Part shown: positions 24,504-38,563 of the stretch, one piece after another
How the letters are laid out: every line of letters begins with the position of its first letter
Numbering within the stretch: position 1 is the first letter of the stretch
Source: Podarcis tiliguerta
Taxonomy: Eukaryota
Reading direction: 5' to 3' (one strand)
Length of the DNA: 64,000 nucleotides
NCBI GenBank assembly: GCA_965153285.1
Contig: OZ229129.1
Position numbers and translations under genes: made by a program
The notes under the pieces: model-generated
Databases searched by the model: none
What the model was told of the DNA's origin: nothing
Seen by the model: only the letters and a program-made list of their open reading frames with translations

Positions 24504-25749
24504 AATATTGTTTACTTTCATAATGTCTCAGTAAGCAGCAGTGAAATAAGACAGGCAGAATATATTTTTTCAATTACAAAATAAATGGTTGAGATAAAAA
24601 ATGGAATCTGTCCAGGAAAGCACAGAGAAGCATTCCTCTCTTTAGTTACATGGTAAAGGAAAACAACAACCTGAACTTTTAGGAGGGAGTAAGTAATAAG
24701 GATTATTTTCCTTTTGTTACTTTCCCCCACCTAGAAAAGCAGGGGATATGACTTCACAGAATGCCCCATCTCCATGTGTCTTAACCCTTTGTTTGTCTAG
24801 CAACCCATGAATTTTTATTTTGGCTGCAATGCTATTTACCACAGACTCCTCATACCTGCTCAAGGAGAAAGATGTTCCTGTTCTGGAGAGCAATGCCATG
24901 GGGTGGTGATGGCCACCTTGGGCAGCAGAAAAGAGAGATGCAAGGTGATGCAAATTTGGCCTGCAAACAGCTAGGACAGCCATGGAGTTTGTGCAGGTTC
25001 TGTTCTCAGAAACTGGCAAGTTTAAATAACCTTGTTTAAGAGTGAGCCTGAACTACAGGTGCTGACAGCAGTAGGCATAGGTTTATCTCACTCTCTGCAC
25101 TGTCTTGGCATCCCTTGGTTTCCTTGGAGATGCTTTCAAAACCTCTCTTTCCAAACAATGGATTTTGTAGTTCTGCACTGCCTGATTCAGAGGCACCAGT
25201 GTGTTAGTTATCTGCCATTTTGCTGGACTTGGATTTCTAGATTTTGTTTTAAAAGGGAGGTGGGGCAAAGTTGACCCTTCCTGCAGTTTTCATTCTTTCA
25301 TCTCCCCCCCCCCCCGCTTCCCTCTTTGGTTGCTTTTGGGGTGAGATGCTAGGACAAATGTTCACACTGTGCCCTAAATGGTTTCTAGCCCCCTCAATGG
25401 TTTGTGTGAAGGAGTGGATTATCATCTGCATTTCTACTTTCATTCTTTGTGAATATAATGCTCCCTGTGGATTGTTACAATATCTTGACATTTGGGAGCA
25501 TGAGAAATGCTTCTTTTAAAATGTTGTTGGGATATTACTTCAACCACCTCATGAAAATGGGCCTAGTTTGGAGGAAGCCAGAAGGCTAGTTAGCCTCTTC
25601 CGTCTTGGCACGCCAAGGTTTGGGAGGGGACGGAAATTTCTCAGCTACTTGTCCCTCTAAGGAACTGAACTGTTGTACAAAGAGGAGAAATAGGAAGTCG
25701 GAGTGCTGGTCTTTGCTTGGCAGCAGTGGGCAAAGACACTGGGGGTGTT

Positions 25750-26227
25750 GTGTTCATTTGCATGTTCGTTCAGGGGGGAAGATATAGGTAGGAAAAGTAG
25801 AATTCCTGGATGCCATGATCCAAGTTTGGGGCTAGTACTCTTTGGTGAGAGACCCCCAGCAGAGATTTTAAAAACATAAGGGTTGTAGACCTTTAACATA
25901 TGCCCTTGTGAGTTCCAAAACTTCTCTCTTTCCCTAGCTTCTCACACATTTGAGAAGCTAAAAATGGTTTACTTACACACTCTCTAAAGGTCACATTCAT
26001 GTGCTTTTCCACAAGGGCCAGGAGACTTGGCTTACTTACTAAGTGGTAAAAGTTCCTAAATTAATCAAGAGTGGCTTGTAAGAGCCATGCAGTCTGAGTT
26101 GCAACAACCAGCTCAGATCTCCTCACATGTTGAGCTTTCCTGATAGACAGTTTACTCTATGGCCTTAACCCCTTCATGCAATAATTAGACTTAATCATGT
26201 TGGGTATATGAGGCTGGTTATCTCACA
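25750..26227 (-). mobile_element. LTR-like element family B copy
   Basis: ttaaccccttcatgca...gaggctggttatctcaca is the reverse complement of the family B start. Confidence 0.7.
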
Positions 26228-27973
26228 TTGCACACACACATATGCACATACCATTGGCCTCCACAAGACTTCATACATCTCAGGAAGAGAGCAGCCACTC
26301 ACTCACTCACTCACTCATTCACATCCTTGCCATGATGGGTATCTGCTGCTGGGTGTCCTTTGTGGCATTCATGGAAGCAAGCCTTCTCTCCCCGCCTGGG
26401 CCTGTGTGCCATTGTAGTTGGGATTCCTTAAAGAGAGAAAAAATGGGAATGGACAGAAGGGAGCTGCACACAGCAAATTCCCAAATGCTACCACCACCTT
26501 CTTTACTGTCTCTGAGAGGAGCTGTCGAAGGCAACCAGAGTCTCTCACTTCCCCTGGAAGCTCCAGCCCAATTTAGAGTAGAATGAGCAATTTCTCTCCT
26601 TATAAGAAGAACGTTGGTCTTGAAAAGGGTTTTGTTTTTGTTTTGAATCAATATGCATCAAGCAACTCTCAGGGAAATCCTGGTGCTTTTCAATTTCCCT
26701 TTGTTGGGGCTTAAAATGTTCAGCTTGTCACGTCTTGTGTGATGTATTGTGGTGCAACTATTGAAAGTTTTTTTGAAAATTTGAAAAGCCATTTTATTTT
26801 ATTATTATTTTCTTTTTTATACAAAATAATATCAAGTCTTTACAAAATCGTATCACTGTGAAAATCCTTGAGAATAGTAGGGGGGGAATTGTTTTTGAAG
26901 CCACTACTTATAAATCTAAATATCAGGACAAGGATGCTATTTTCTTCCCCGAACCCCGTGTCACTTTCCCCCATTTTTTCCTGCTACTCAGAGTGGCTAC
27001 AGAGCTTTGTGCAGCCCAGTCAAGCCTTGGCTTAACACCAGCCAAGGGCTTGTAGTGGAGCATCAAAGCTGGGTAAGCCTGATTCTATAATCAGCCTCCC
27101 TTTACCCAACTGCAGAATGGCCATAATAACCATGGCCTGTCTCATAGGACAAGCACAAAGAAAGGCCTGCATTTTGCATAATTTACTGGTGTGGCAGTGA
27201 CTAGACTAACCCTCTCCTTGCTACACTTCTCTTTTCTTCCATGGCTCTTTCCTTTTGGGTTCACATTGTCCTGCCAGAACTGCATGCTTGAACTGTGTTT
27301 TTTTAAAGAAACTCTAATCTTGAACCCACACCTCTCGATGTGCCGAACTTAATCAGATGTAGAGAGCAAAATAGAATGTCAAGGAAGAGCATCTTGAGGC
27401 AGCAGGTTTAGTGGAGTTAAAAGAGCCTGGAAGAAGTTGTCCTTGGGAATGGCATAAATTCATAACTGATTTATTTTCAAAACTGCACAGTTGATGCAGG
27501 CAGGGTGTGCGCCTGCCCAAGGCAATGACTGAGTAGGACAAAAGCTTGAGAGACCTCACCTAGACCTCTCATGGGAAGTTTTGGGTCTTAAAATATCTGG
27601 AAATAATGTTTGCCACAAACTCAGACTGGTGGCTTGCAGATAGACCAGAGTCTCCTTCATCCTGTGCAGAAAGCTCCATAGATGAAAGGTGTTCTCTGCA
27701 CCTGCAGTGTTTGCTGGATTAGGAAGCACAGGTGTTAATCAGACACAACATTGGCACGTTCTTTCAAATGGGAGTCCTGCTTCTCATCCATACTACAATC
27801 ATTATTTTCACCCTTAAATGTGCATCCACAATCTGGCACTAAATAGAATGGATTAGAATTTAGGGCTTGTGCCAGCATCCTTATTCTCCTCTCCCTCTCT
27901 CTCTGATTGTAGAATGATTCAATTAGAGGAAGGCACATGGGATATGCATTCTAGTTTAATAGATCATCTAGAT

Positions 27974-28380
27974 CAGGGTGGTCCAAAATGTGGCCCTTGA
28001 GGCCTTTTTGTGTGTGGCCCTCAGCAACATTTGACCCCTTCCCCCTCAGCCCTCCCAAAGTCAGGTAAGCAAGGTGAGGTGCTGGGCTTTGGGAAGAAGG
28101 CATGAGGGCTCTGACAGAGTCCTCCTCCTCCCTTCCCAGAGCCTACTTAGCACTTTCCCAGCTTTGGGAAGAAGGTGGACAGGATCTGGTACCCTGCTAG
28201 AGCCTCATGCCTCCTCCCCAAAGCCCAGCACCTCACTTAGCCAGTTTTGGGAAGGCAGGCTTGTGGGTGTTAAATTTTGACTTCATTCCCCCCCCCCCCA
28301 CACAAGGCAGTGTGTGGCCTGCAGGTTTTGTGTTGAAGTATTTTTGTGGCCCACTTAGTATGAAAAGTTGGACCGCCCTG
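27974..28380. mobile_element. hAT-type MITE
   Basis: TIR cagggtggtccaa / ttggaccgccctg; TSD atctagat / atcgagat. Confidence 0.85.
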
Positions 28381-30734
28381 ATCGAGATGGATATTGCTCC
28401 CCACCCCCAAAGGAGGCCACTGGATTCCAACTAAGTCCTGGTGAAAAGCCTATTTCATGAAAATACCAGGGAAATAGAGACCCAGTCCTTGGGGGGAAGT
28501 CTTCCTCAGTGGAAAAGGGCTGTCCAGCCCAGCAAGGCTGGTTTGCATATACAAAACCTAATAAATATCATCCCATAAAAGCAACCCACCTTCAGAAACC
28601 TCATTGGAACAAAGAAACTGTAATGCAAAATGAAATCTCTATGGAGAAGGCATTACATAAAGAAGTCTTAGATCACCAGCAACCTGCCTGGAGGGTTGAT
28701 AAGCAACAGGTTCTGCTTGGATGCAGATGGACATCCTTGTGATCCATTCTGAGGCAGGATATGTGAATGCCTGAGCCTCTTCACTCTCTTAGCCATGTAA
28801 CTGCCACCTACAGATCTGACTGCCATACATTTCCTTTGATGTCTGCTTAATGTATCACCATTCTAAATTATTGTGCAAACATATGAGATAAACAACCAAA
28901 GGCATTCAGGAAATCTCATTAGGCATCACAGTGCATAAGCTGAAATGGCAAATGTGATCCTCAGGTTGGAGTTTTGCTTTGCTTCAGAGGCCCAGTGAGT
29001 CAGCTGCTCTGCATCCAGTGTAGAGCTTAGAGCGTGGCAGGGGGAAGGAAAAGCCCCAGTCTCTTCTGTCTCTTTGATGCAGCACCCCAAGGTACATTTT
29101 TGGGGAAGCTCCTGAGAGTGACAAGGAGAGGTTGGAGTCACTGAGAACGCTAAGCCTGAGGTGCCCCCTAAAGCCTTGCATGTCTTCTTCTGTAACAGCA
29201 GTTCCTGGATTGTGCTTTGTTGGGGGGGGGGCAGCAACTCAGATGAGCCAGTTGGGTAGGGTTGGCAAATGCTCTTTGGAGTTCTAGCTTTTTGAGAGCA
29301 ATCCAGCAAAGACAGCAGCTCAGGCAGCTGCTGCCTGGCCTGGCTTTCTTGGAGCAGTTTCTTTGCCTATCATGAAAGAGAGAGAAGTGGGAAGAGATGG
29401 AATGCTCCAGCTTGACTTCCATTTCTGCAAAGAGATTACTTCAGTAACCCACTGGACTTCCTTATGTTTGCTGCCCAATCAGTTATCGGGCTGATGAAGG
29501 GGATCAGCCTATCTTTGCAAGAAGCATAAGAGGGAATGGAATGGAATGACAGGGAGGGGTATGATTGATGATATGGTCAGAAAAACAAGAAGACTTAGAA
29601 GAGCAGAGAGGGGGATGAGGAGGACACAGAGTGAAGAAAGACAAAAAGGAAGCTGGGGTACCACCACAACATTTGGGTCACTCCAACATAAAGCAAGCCA
29701 GGAGGAGCCACGGGTTGGTGTGCAGAGCGAGGAGAAGGTTCTCTGCTTCCTGCTACTTTACCAATTCCTGATCCACAAGAGGACCTCTCCTCTTATTCCT
29801 TATTCCTGTTATGAAGATGTCAAATCATTAAGAGAACTCTGGTTTACACACACTCACATGAAGATGGAGTGTATATGTAAGAGGCCCATGAAAGAGAGCT
29901 CTGAGTGTAGAATGTGCCATAAATTCCAAGCCACTTCTTCATAAAAACAGCTAAAATCAAAGTTAAAAGAGAGGGAGGAAGGACAGCTTATTTATAAGAT
30001 TGCAAGAATTAGAAGTGAGGCTCTATTGTGACATGGAAGCAACAGAAGGGCAGAGCGGTGAGGAAGGGGCAAGGGGCAAGAAAGAGGGCCAGGAATAGAC
30101 TGTAGATCAAATGAAAAAGACAAAAACAAGGAGGCTTAAAGAAAGGAATATGTAAATGCTGGAATCCTGGCAGCTAAGACTCAAGTTTGAGGCAAGTACT
30201 CTTTGGTGAGAGAACTCCAGCAGAGATTTAGCATTGCAAAACATGCAGCAAAGAAAATCATGGAAATATAGGCTGTAAAACCTTTTAAATGTGCTAATCC
30301 AGTGAACCCCCAAATTGTCCCCTTTTAAAAGTTTCAAAAGTAAGTTTTATGTGCTTTTCCATACAGCAGTCAGGAAAAGATTCACGGGCAGTAAAACATT
30401 GTATGGGAGGACTGGTCTGAAGCAAAAGAGGCTTGTAAAAGACCAGCTCAGACCTAGGAGCTTGCAACCAGACCTTGCAATCAAGGACAAGGTTTGCTGG
30501 GGGAGACTGAAGAGAGTGAGCGTGTGTCTTTTGGAGCCTGAGGGCGTGTGTGGTTGATTGCTCTGTGGGGACACAGGATCTGATGGGGAGGAGTTACAGC
30601 TGAGAGAAAGCCAGGCTGAGGGAGGAGTTAGCAACCAGCAGCAGTCAAACTTAGCTCAGTGCAGATCCTGGGAGCTTGTGACCAGACCTTACAAAGAGGT
30701 CTGATAATCTTGTGAGGTAAAATGTGTGTTGAAC

Positions 30735-31895
30735 AAGGTAGGTTAGGTGGATTTGTAGCTGTTGACTAACTGAACCCAAAGAGTACTATTCATGGTTCCT
30801 CACCATCCTGGAAAAAAGGGACAAGTGGGGTGCTGCAGGGTTCTGTCCTGGGACCGTTGTTGTTCAATGTCTGTATAAACAAATTGGATGAAATAATTGA
30901 GGGGATGCTCATCAAATTCACAGATGATACCAAGCTGGGAGGGGTAGCTAATGCCATAGAAGACAGAATCAGAATTCAAAATGACCTTAACAGATTGGAG
31001 AACTGGGTGCAAGCTAAGAAAATGAATTTCAATAAGGACAAATGTAAGGCTACTGTATTTTTCGCTCTATAAGACACACCAGACCACAAGACGCACCTGG
31101 TTTTTAGAGGAGGAAAACAAGAAAAAAATATTCTGAATCTCAGAAGCCAGAACAGCAAGAGGGATTGCTGGGCAGTGAAAGCAGCAATCCCTCTTGCTTT
31201 TCTGGCTTCTGGGATAGCTGCACAGCCTGCATTCACTCCATAAGACGCACACACATTTCCCCTTACTTTTTAGGAGGTAAAAAGTGAGTCTTATAGAGCA
31301 AAAAATACGGTATGCCCTTAGGCAGAAAGAACCAGATGCACAAATATAGGATGGGGGACACCTGGCTTACTAGCAGTACATGTTAAAAAGATCTCAGGGT
31401 CTTGATGGACCACAAGCTTAACATGAGTCAACAGTGTGATGTAGCGGCAAAACACACACACACCTAATGCTATTCTAGGCTGCATCATCATAAGTACAGT
31501 GTCCAGATCAAGGAAAATAATAGTATCACTCTATTTTGCCTTAGTCAGACCACACTTAGAATACTGTGTTCAATTCTGGGCACCACAATTTAAGAAGGAT
31601 GTTGACAAGCTGGAATGTGTGCAGAGGAGGGCAACCAAGATGATCTGGAAACTGAGCCTTATGAGGAGTGCTTGAAGGAGCTGGGTATGTTTAGCCTAGA
31701 AAAGAGGAGACTGAGAGGAGATATGATAGCCATCTTCAAATATCTTAAGGGCTGTCACATGGAGGAGGGAGCATACTTAGCCTGAATGGCCATCTGTCAT
31801 GGACGCTTTAGTTGAGATTCCTGCATTGCAGGGGGCTGAACTAGATGATCCTTGGGATCCCTTCAAACTCTAAGATTCTATCATTCTATGATTTT
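30735..31895 (+). mobile_element. CR1 LINE RT fragment, interrupted by a MITE
   Basis: QGSVLGPLLFNV...KFTDDTKLGG (FADD-like motif); attctatg tail. Confidence 0.9.
31053..31310. mobile_element. Tc1/mariner-superfamily MITE nested in CR1
   Basis: TA TSD; TIR ctgtatttttcgctctataagac / gtcttatagagcaaaaaatacgg. Confidence 0.88.
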
Positions 31896-31919
31896 ATGAC
31901 CTCTAGAACTGAATTCCAG

Positions 31920-31928
31920 AGGGGGGGG

Positions 31929-31973
<45 letters not shown>
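31920..31973. repeat. poly-G plus (GA)n microsatellite
   Basis: Read directly. Confidence 0.95.
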
Positions 31974-31977
<4 letters not shown>

Positions 31978-33185
31978 AAGGACTTGGTTAATTATTTCTT
32001 CCCAGGGTGTATGGAAATGTCATTGGTTAAGCCTGGCAGGACAGCTTACTTTATGGTTTTAACCCCTTCATGCACTAATTTGACTGGTTATATGAAGCTG
32101 GTTACCCTACAGTAAAGAGTAGCCCACCTTCCAAAGCAAGTAAATTTTTGCTGGGAGAGCCAGTTATAGCATCAGGCCACCTATACCCATTCAGCATAAA
32201 GACTAAGAGTCCATGTTGAGGTGGCCTTTCTAGTGGCTGCTGCCTCTAAGGTAACAAAGATATCTTAATTCTTGCCTCTGGCCTGGGGTGCTGGCAACGG
32301 CAGCAGCAACATTCATGAAAGCTTATACACCCGCTCTGTGAATGTGAAGCTAAATGGTGACAGGTGGTGTTCTGGAAGGAGGCCATGACTTGGTATGATA
32401 TTGATAACTGCAAGGTATAAATATTTAATGTTTGACCTTGTTATTTCTCAGGCAGCCAAATGCTACCAGCTGGCTTGGGGGTGGTGCAGGCAGGGGGAAA
32501 GAAAGTGCTTTGTCTTTGTGGCTGGGGAAATGTCAGGCTTTTTGGAATGCTTTCCCTGTGTGTTTGTGTAGTAAATCTACAAAATCTGAAATTAGAATGG
32601 AGCAATGAGAACACAGGGCCCTACTTTTGGCAGCAGGAAAAGCAGAGGAGAAAAGAACCATATTTGCAGTCATGGTTCAATAGCGGTTTGCTTCCTGGGC
32701 CAACGACATGGTGGGGTAGGGTTGGGTGGAGCAGCTGGCACCTGTCAAGAAAATCTGGTGCCTGGGAGGGTCACCCTTTCCACTGATGCTGCCCTCTGGT
32801 AGTCCTGGCTGGGAACACAACGTGATTTTCAAAAACCCTCAAGGCACAGCAGAAATCCTAGCAGGTGAAAATTGCTGCCTAAGTATTCTACGCTTCACAT
32901 CTAAGAAGGGTAGGAAGTGGTTGTTTGGCCATAAAAGGGTATTCTCTCATTCCCCAAGCCTTCAAAATCTTACCTGGGTTGGAGGTTCAGAAACTTCAGC
33001 TGGTGCAGAATTCAGCAGTCAGGTTGCTCACTGGGGCAAGGCAGTTTGAGCATATAACGCCAACCCTGGCCCGACTGCACTGGCTGCCAATTAGTTTCCA
33101 GGCTCAATGCAAAGTGCTGTTTTTGGCCTATAAAGCCTTAAATGGCTCAGGACCACAATGCCTCCAGGACTGCCTCTCCCTATAT

Positions 33186-33426
33186 CATGGGTAGGCAAAC
33201 TAAGGCCCAGGGGCCAGATCCAGCCCAATCGCCTTCTTAATCTGGCCCACGGACGGTCTGGGCTTTTACATGAGTAGAATGTGTCCTTTTATTTAAAATG
33301 CATCTCTAGGTTATTTGCTGGGCATAGGAATTCATTCATTTTTTCCCTTCAAAATATAGTCCAGCCCCCCACAAGGTCTGAGGGACAGTGGACCAGCCCC
33401 CTGCTGAAAAAGTTTGCTGACCCCTG
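33186..33426 (+). mobile_element. hAT MITE family A copy 2, nested in an L2 fragment
   Basis: Perfect 8-bp TSD ccctatat at 33178-33185 and 33427-33434. Confidence 0.92.
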
Positions 33427-34172
33427 CCCTATATGAACCAAAACAAACCCTGTGACCATCAACTAAGGTCCTTCTTTGTGTGCCCCCACCATAAGGTATC
33501 CGGAGGGCAGCAAGGTGAGAGAGGGCCTTTTCTGCAGTGGCTCCCCGTTTGGGGAATGCTCGCCCCAGGGAGGCTTGCCAGGCATCCTCATTGCCTATCA
33601 TTAGACACAGGATAAAAAATGTTTCTCTATAACCAGGTCTTCAGCTGATTAACAACTTATGGCCTTTTAAATGTGTTTGTCAGAGGGGAGTTATTGATTT
33701 GTTTTGGTTTCTATTCCATTTCTGTGTTTTGTGTTCTTGTCTTGTATTTTTATGTTGTGCACAACCCTGTGATCGTTGGATGAAGGGTGGTATAGAAACT
33801 TAACAAACTCCTCCCATAAAGTGCTACATTACAAGAAAATTCTGGAAACCAGTCTGTTTGATTTCTGAATTATTCTTACCATAGCCTGTGTTCATCCCAT
33901 ACTTGTGGCACCCTCTGACCCAGGTGCAAGTGTGGTGAGTTCATGGGGCAGTTCATAAAGATCATGTCTCATGGGGGGGGGGGGGGGGAGGCAGTGGGAT
34001 GGGCTAGACAACCGTGTTCGAATGTAGCCTTGTTTCTGTGTTCCTTTCTTTCTCTGATCAGAAGCGTTTCATGCTAGGATTTTCAGAGGATCAGCTTCTC
34101 ATGCCCCAAAATCCATGTCAAGTTTCTTCTCATCATGGGCCGAGGTTCATATTCTTCCTCTTTGGTTGTATG

Positions 34173-34463
34173 TAGGGCTGCCTTACCCATAGGTGCTAGG
34201 GGTGCGAGGCACCCAGGCGCAGGCTCTCAGGGGCACCAGGCCGAGAGTCGAGTCCAGGGAAGAGCCTGCCCATCGGTCGGAGCGCCACAGTGGGCTCTTC
34301 TGCTGTGGGCGTCTCTGTGCCGCAAGTTCAGGATGACCGAGCCAGCGAGACGCTGAGGCGGCCAGCTGGCTCCGCCCTCCTGCGAACCTGGGACTGGGCA
34401 ACCGGAGGGGGGCGCCAGGTGGATCTTACCACCCCGCTGCCGCGTATGTTTAAGACAGCCCTT
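34173..34463. mobile_element. CpG-rich hAT-type MITE
   Basis: TIR agggctgcctta / taagacagccct; TSD gttgtatg / gttgtgtg. Confidence 0.75.
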
Positions 34464-35462
34464 GTTGTGTGCTATGGAACACCCTTTCACAGGAGGCAGG
34501 GATGGCCACCAACTTGGATGGCTGTAAAAGAGGATAAGAAGAATTCATGGAGGATGAGGCTATTAGTGGTTACTAGCTATGCTCTGCCTTTCCAGTCTGA
34601 GGCAGTAATCCTTCGTACTACCAGTTGCTGGAAACTCCAAGAGTGGAGAGATGTGTTGCAATCAGGCAGGGGCATTGTATTTCACCCCTTGAGGTGAAAT
34701 GATAATGTTGGGCCATGCCACCCCACTGCCCTTACCTGGGAAGCAGAAGAGCTTCCCACCCAACCACCGTCAGAGATGCGGCACTAGCAGCAGCAAAAGT
34801 TTCTGGTGAATTCTTAGAATCATATTGTAGAGTTGGAAGGGCCCACAAGTGTCATCTAGCCCAACCTCCTGCAATACAGGAATCTTTTGCCCAACATGGA
34901 GCTCAAACCCACAGCCCTGAGATTAAGAGTCTCAGCTATCCCAGAGTTGTTGCAAGATCTCACAAGATTTTGGTGGGATCTTGCCATAAGCCAGTGTAGC
35001 TACCAGTGCTGCTTCTCCACTGGTGGGAGGGACACCATTTATTCAGCTTCTGCTCATGGGCTGGCTGGCCCTGTGTTCATGTCCTGCTTACAGATTTCCT
35101 GTTGGCTGCTCATTGTGAGAACAGCATGCTGGACTAGATGGGCTGCCTTTGGCCTGGTCGAACAGGCTTACCTTGTGTTTTTATAGTCTAAGCATCCTTG
35201 GAAGGCTCCGCTTGCAGCATCCAGCTTCCTCCCTTTTATCATGTTCTGCTCCCATTATTCTGACCCAGCCAACAATTTATGGAGCCCATAAAACTGATAG
35301 GTAGAATGTATGCCTGGATAGAGCAAGCTCTGTTATTCTTCCTAGGGAGCGTTTGATCTCCAGTACCCTGCCACCTTGAAATCAGTATTCTCCCTCAATA
35401 AGAATCTGCTTTTGGACCTTGCCTTTGTCACTCTTTCCACCTCTTCTTAGGCTTTCTCACAA

Positions 35463-35501
<39 letters not shown>
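35463..35501. repeat. (TAG)n microsatellite
   Basis: Read directly. Confidence 0.95.
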
Positions 35502-37830
35502 ATTGCAGTGCACTGACTGTGGGTTATATCCAGCATAACTCCTTCTTAGTGAAGGTGTATTCAGATCAATGGACTTTATTTAGCTATTCCCATCTACAGA
35601 GTAGTGGGTCTACTCTGAGTAGGAGTTAGTTGGATTCTCACAGTGTACTAGATTCTCACAGGTAGACCTACCTTTTTTCTTTTATATGGAAGACGGATGG
35701 TGTAACCTTGGACGATGCCATCTTAAAAATAAAATAAATCCCTAAGTGAGCATGGAAGGTTACAAATTCAAAGTGAAGAGTCTGATCTTGTGAAAACCAA
35801 TTTTTAAAATGAACATGTTAAGCGTCAGAAACAGATCAGGCCTTGGTGGTTGTGCTCAACTAAGGCTCTTACCTGAGCTAGCCAGTGGCAACTTACTCCT
35901 CCTCCTCACACTGTGTGACTAAAATATTCCAAGAAAAGGGGGCAGAGTCCAAGGGAGCGAAAAGGTATTGTGGGGTGGACATTAGTAACATGGCACCTTG
36001 AGCAAGGACAACGCCCCCCCCCCATTTCTTATTTTCACAATAATTCCTTTTGGTGCAGTTGCTTCTTTATGGATCTTCTCAGTAGGTCCCTGTATAAATG
36101 CAGGCATTATTAATATTAACCTCCTCAGCTCAGCACCCTGTGCAGGGGAAACTGCCTGCACTGGCCTAAATCTGGCGGTGAGATCTTGGCATGCTGAATG
36201 CAGCCCATGGGCCTTAAGCAACTCCCACCCCACCCTTGTATCCAGTGTAGTATACTGGCGTTGGCAGTCCTTTAGCACAGCCTTCGGAAGAGGAATTATT
36301 GGGGAAAGAGGAGCCGCCATTGCAGGCTCATCAGAGGCAATGCACAGTGCAGCCTTTTGCCAGCTGATGAGCTGCAGTTTTGAAGGTGCCCAGCAAGGAA
36401 ACACCAAGGCAATCCATATCAACATGGCAGCCAGGACATCCTGGAGGTCCCGATCCAACTCTGCCTTATGTTGCACCTGCTCCCTTCTGGCCTCCTCTTG
36501 TTTCCTCTCTCATCTTATGGGACTGTCTTTCCTCAGCTAAGAGAGAGAAGCGAGCCAGCAGCAGTTGAATGCATGACAATCCTCTGACTACTCCTCAGAC
36601 CACATCTGTAAATAATTTGTGACTAGGGGGAAAAAAAAGATACATTTCCTTAATTTTGTTGTATTTTCTTTACTGAACTGGCTGTTAGCTGCCGTCTTAA
36701 GGGATGTACTCATGAAAACTGTGATTTCTTTCTCTCCTGTCTGAGATTGGTGTTCTGAGCACTTTTGGTGCCCACATTTAAATGCCTGTTTGTATTTATG
36801 AATTGTATTTTTCAGCATTTGCTGTTGACTTGTACAGTTGGTTTTAACTGGCAGGATTTGCAGTCTTGCATCCCCCCTCCCCACCAGCTACTAGCTTTTT
36901 CAATAAGTTAAAGCAATTAAAATGTTAAAAAAAATATGCAGGAGGGGATGAAATACTACTGCTACTAATGATGACAACCCAATGGAATGCTTGAGGTGAA
37001 TCAGGAAAGGTGGATGAAGATCTTTCCAACTGGAGCCTTCTCCTCCTCATCCTCTGCTCCCCAAAGAACACGTGACTTCAGATGATCGTGCAGCCCCTCC
37101 TTTGCCCAAAAACATCACTCTGGCACTCACTCCACACACACTCAAAACCCAACTGAAGCAAACAAATAAAATTCATATTTTAACAGAAACTGGCCTGTTA
37201 TTTTCTTTCTTGGACTGTACAGTACTGAATTGAAGAGTGATTTCGCCTGGTAGGGAATTGGGGTTGGACAAGGCAGCCTGAGCTGGAAGGACCTAATCCT
37301 TAGCAGGAAATAAATGTTGCCATTCCCAGCGAGCAGTAGCAAACAATTTATGTTTGCAAATTAATGCCCCCCAAAGGAATGAAAGCCAGCTGAAAACCCT
37401 TGTGGTTTTTCTCTCCAGCCATTGTGGCACTAAGAAGTGGAAACAGCATTTTTAAACGAGCATAGCTTACCTCTCTGGTTGCTTGGGAGAAGGGGGGTGG
37501 CCCATTTGCTTGGCAAGGATAAAGGGCCAGGCTCAGTCCCCAATGGCAACTCTGGGTGGGGGTGGGGAGGATGGGAACACCCCCTGCTCCTTATTGAGAA
37601 CAGCTCAGTGGTGTCTCCTTCTGCATGAATGTGTTGATGTTCAGGTCTCTACTTGCATTCCTGCTCCTTATCTGCCCACAACATTCCTTGGTTGTTTGGC
37701 TTGAGGAATGAGCTCCATCAAGGCCAGCCAGTGCCAAGGACAAGTCCCCTGTGAATCTCAGTCTCAAGGTGGAACAGAGGAAGCTGCCTCAGTCAGACCA
37801 CAGGTCCATCTAGCTCAGTACTGTCTACAC

Positions 37831-37972
37831 CAGTGTTTCCCAAACTTGGGTCTCCAGCTGTTTTTGGACTGTAACTCCCATTATCCCTAGCTAGCAGGAC
37901 CAGTGGTCAGGGATGATGGGAACTGTATTCCAAAAAAACACATACCTGGAGACCCAAATTTGGTAAACACTG
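37831..37972. mobile_element. Palindromic hAT-type MITE nested in a tRNA-derived SINE
   Basis: Long TIRs cagtgtttcccaaa / tttggtaaacactg; TSD gtctacac / gtctacaa. Confidence 0.85.
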
Positions 37973-38473
37973 GTCTACAATTTCCAGCAGTGGCTCTCCA
38001 GGGTTGCAGGCAGGGTTTCTCTCACCCCTGCCAGGAGATTCTAGGGGTTGGCTTTCTGCATGTAAAGCAGGTGCGCTGCCACCTGAGCCATGGCACCATT
38101 CCTTTCCATGGAGATTACTGCAGACAAATTGAATTAGTCTCTGCTAGCTGCTGGAGGTGTCAGGTCACAGCTAAGATTCTGGGGCACAGAAGTCATATCT
38201 GATCCCCATTTCTGAGAACATTAAGTGCAGCTTTTCCTAGAATAGTCTCCAATCTTAAGGGAAAAACACAGATGTACCTCATTAGACAGCGATCAGAAAT
38301 AAAAAGAAATATATGGTTTAAGGGAGATATTTCCCCACCTTCAACTTCTTGCTTATTCATGTCATTGAAACTTTTAAAGAGATCTTATAATTAGGAAAGT
38401 TCCATAGCTCAGCGGTAGATCGTATGACTTTGCAAGTAATGGGTCTTGGGTTCAATCGCTGGCATCTCCAGGT

Positions 38474-38563
38474 CATAGCTGTCAACTTTTCCCTTTTCTT
38501 GCGAGGAATCCTATTCAGAATAAGGGAACTTCCCTTTTAAAAAGGGAAACATTGACAGCTATG
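38474..38563. mobile_element. 90-bp MITE nested in a tRNA-derived SINE
   Basis: TIR catagctgtcaa / ttgacagctatg; 8-bp TSD ctccaggt / ttccaggt. Confidence 0.85.

Larger units (their letters stand above)
30060..32111 (-). mobile_element. LTR-like family B relative split by a CR1 insertion
   Basis: Start motif at 32057-32111; body motif gcaagtactctttggtgagagaactccagcagagattt at about 30190. Confidence 0.6.

Noticed and set aside
34173-34463. Small CpG-rich patch as a possible promoter
   Set aside because: Bounded by TIRs and an 8-bp TSD, so it is a young MITE
38395-38475. tRNA-like sequence as a tRNA gene
   Set aside because: Continues into a SINE body repeated elsewhere in the window; no intact cloverleaf
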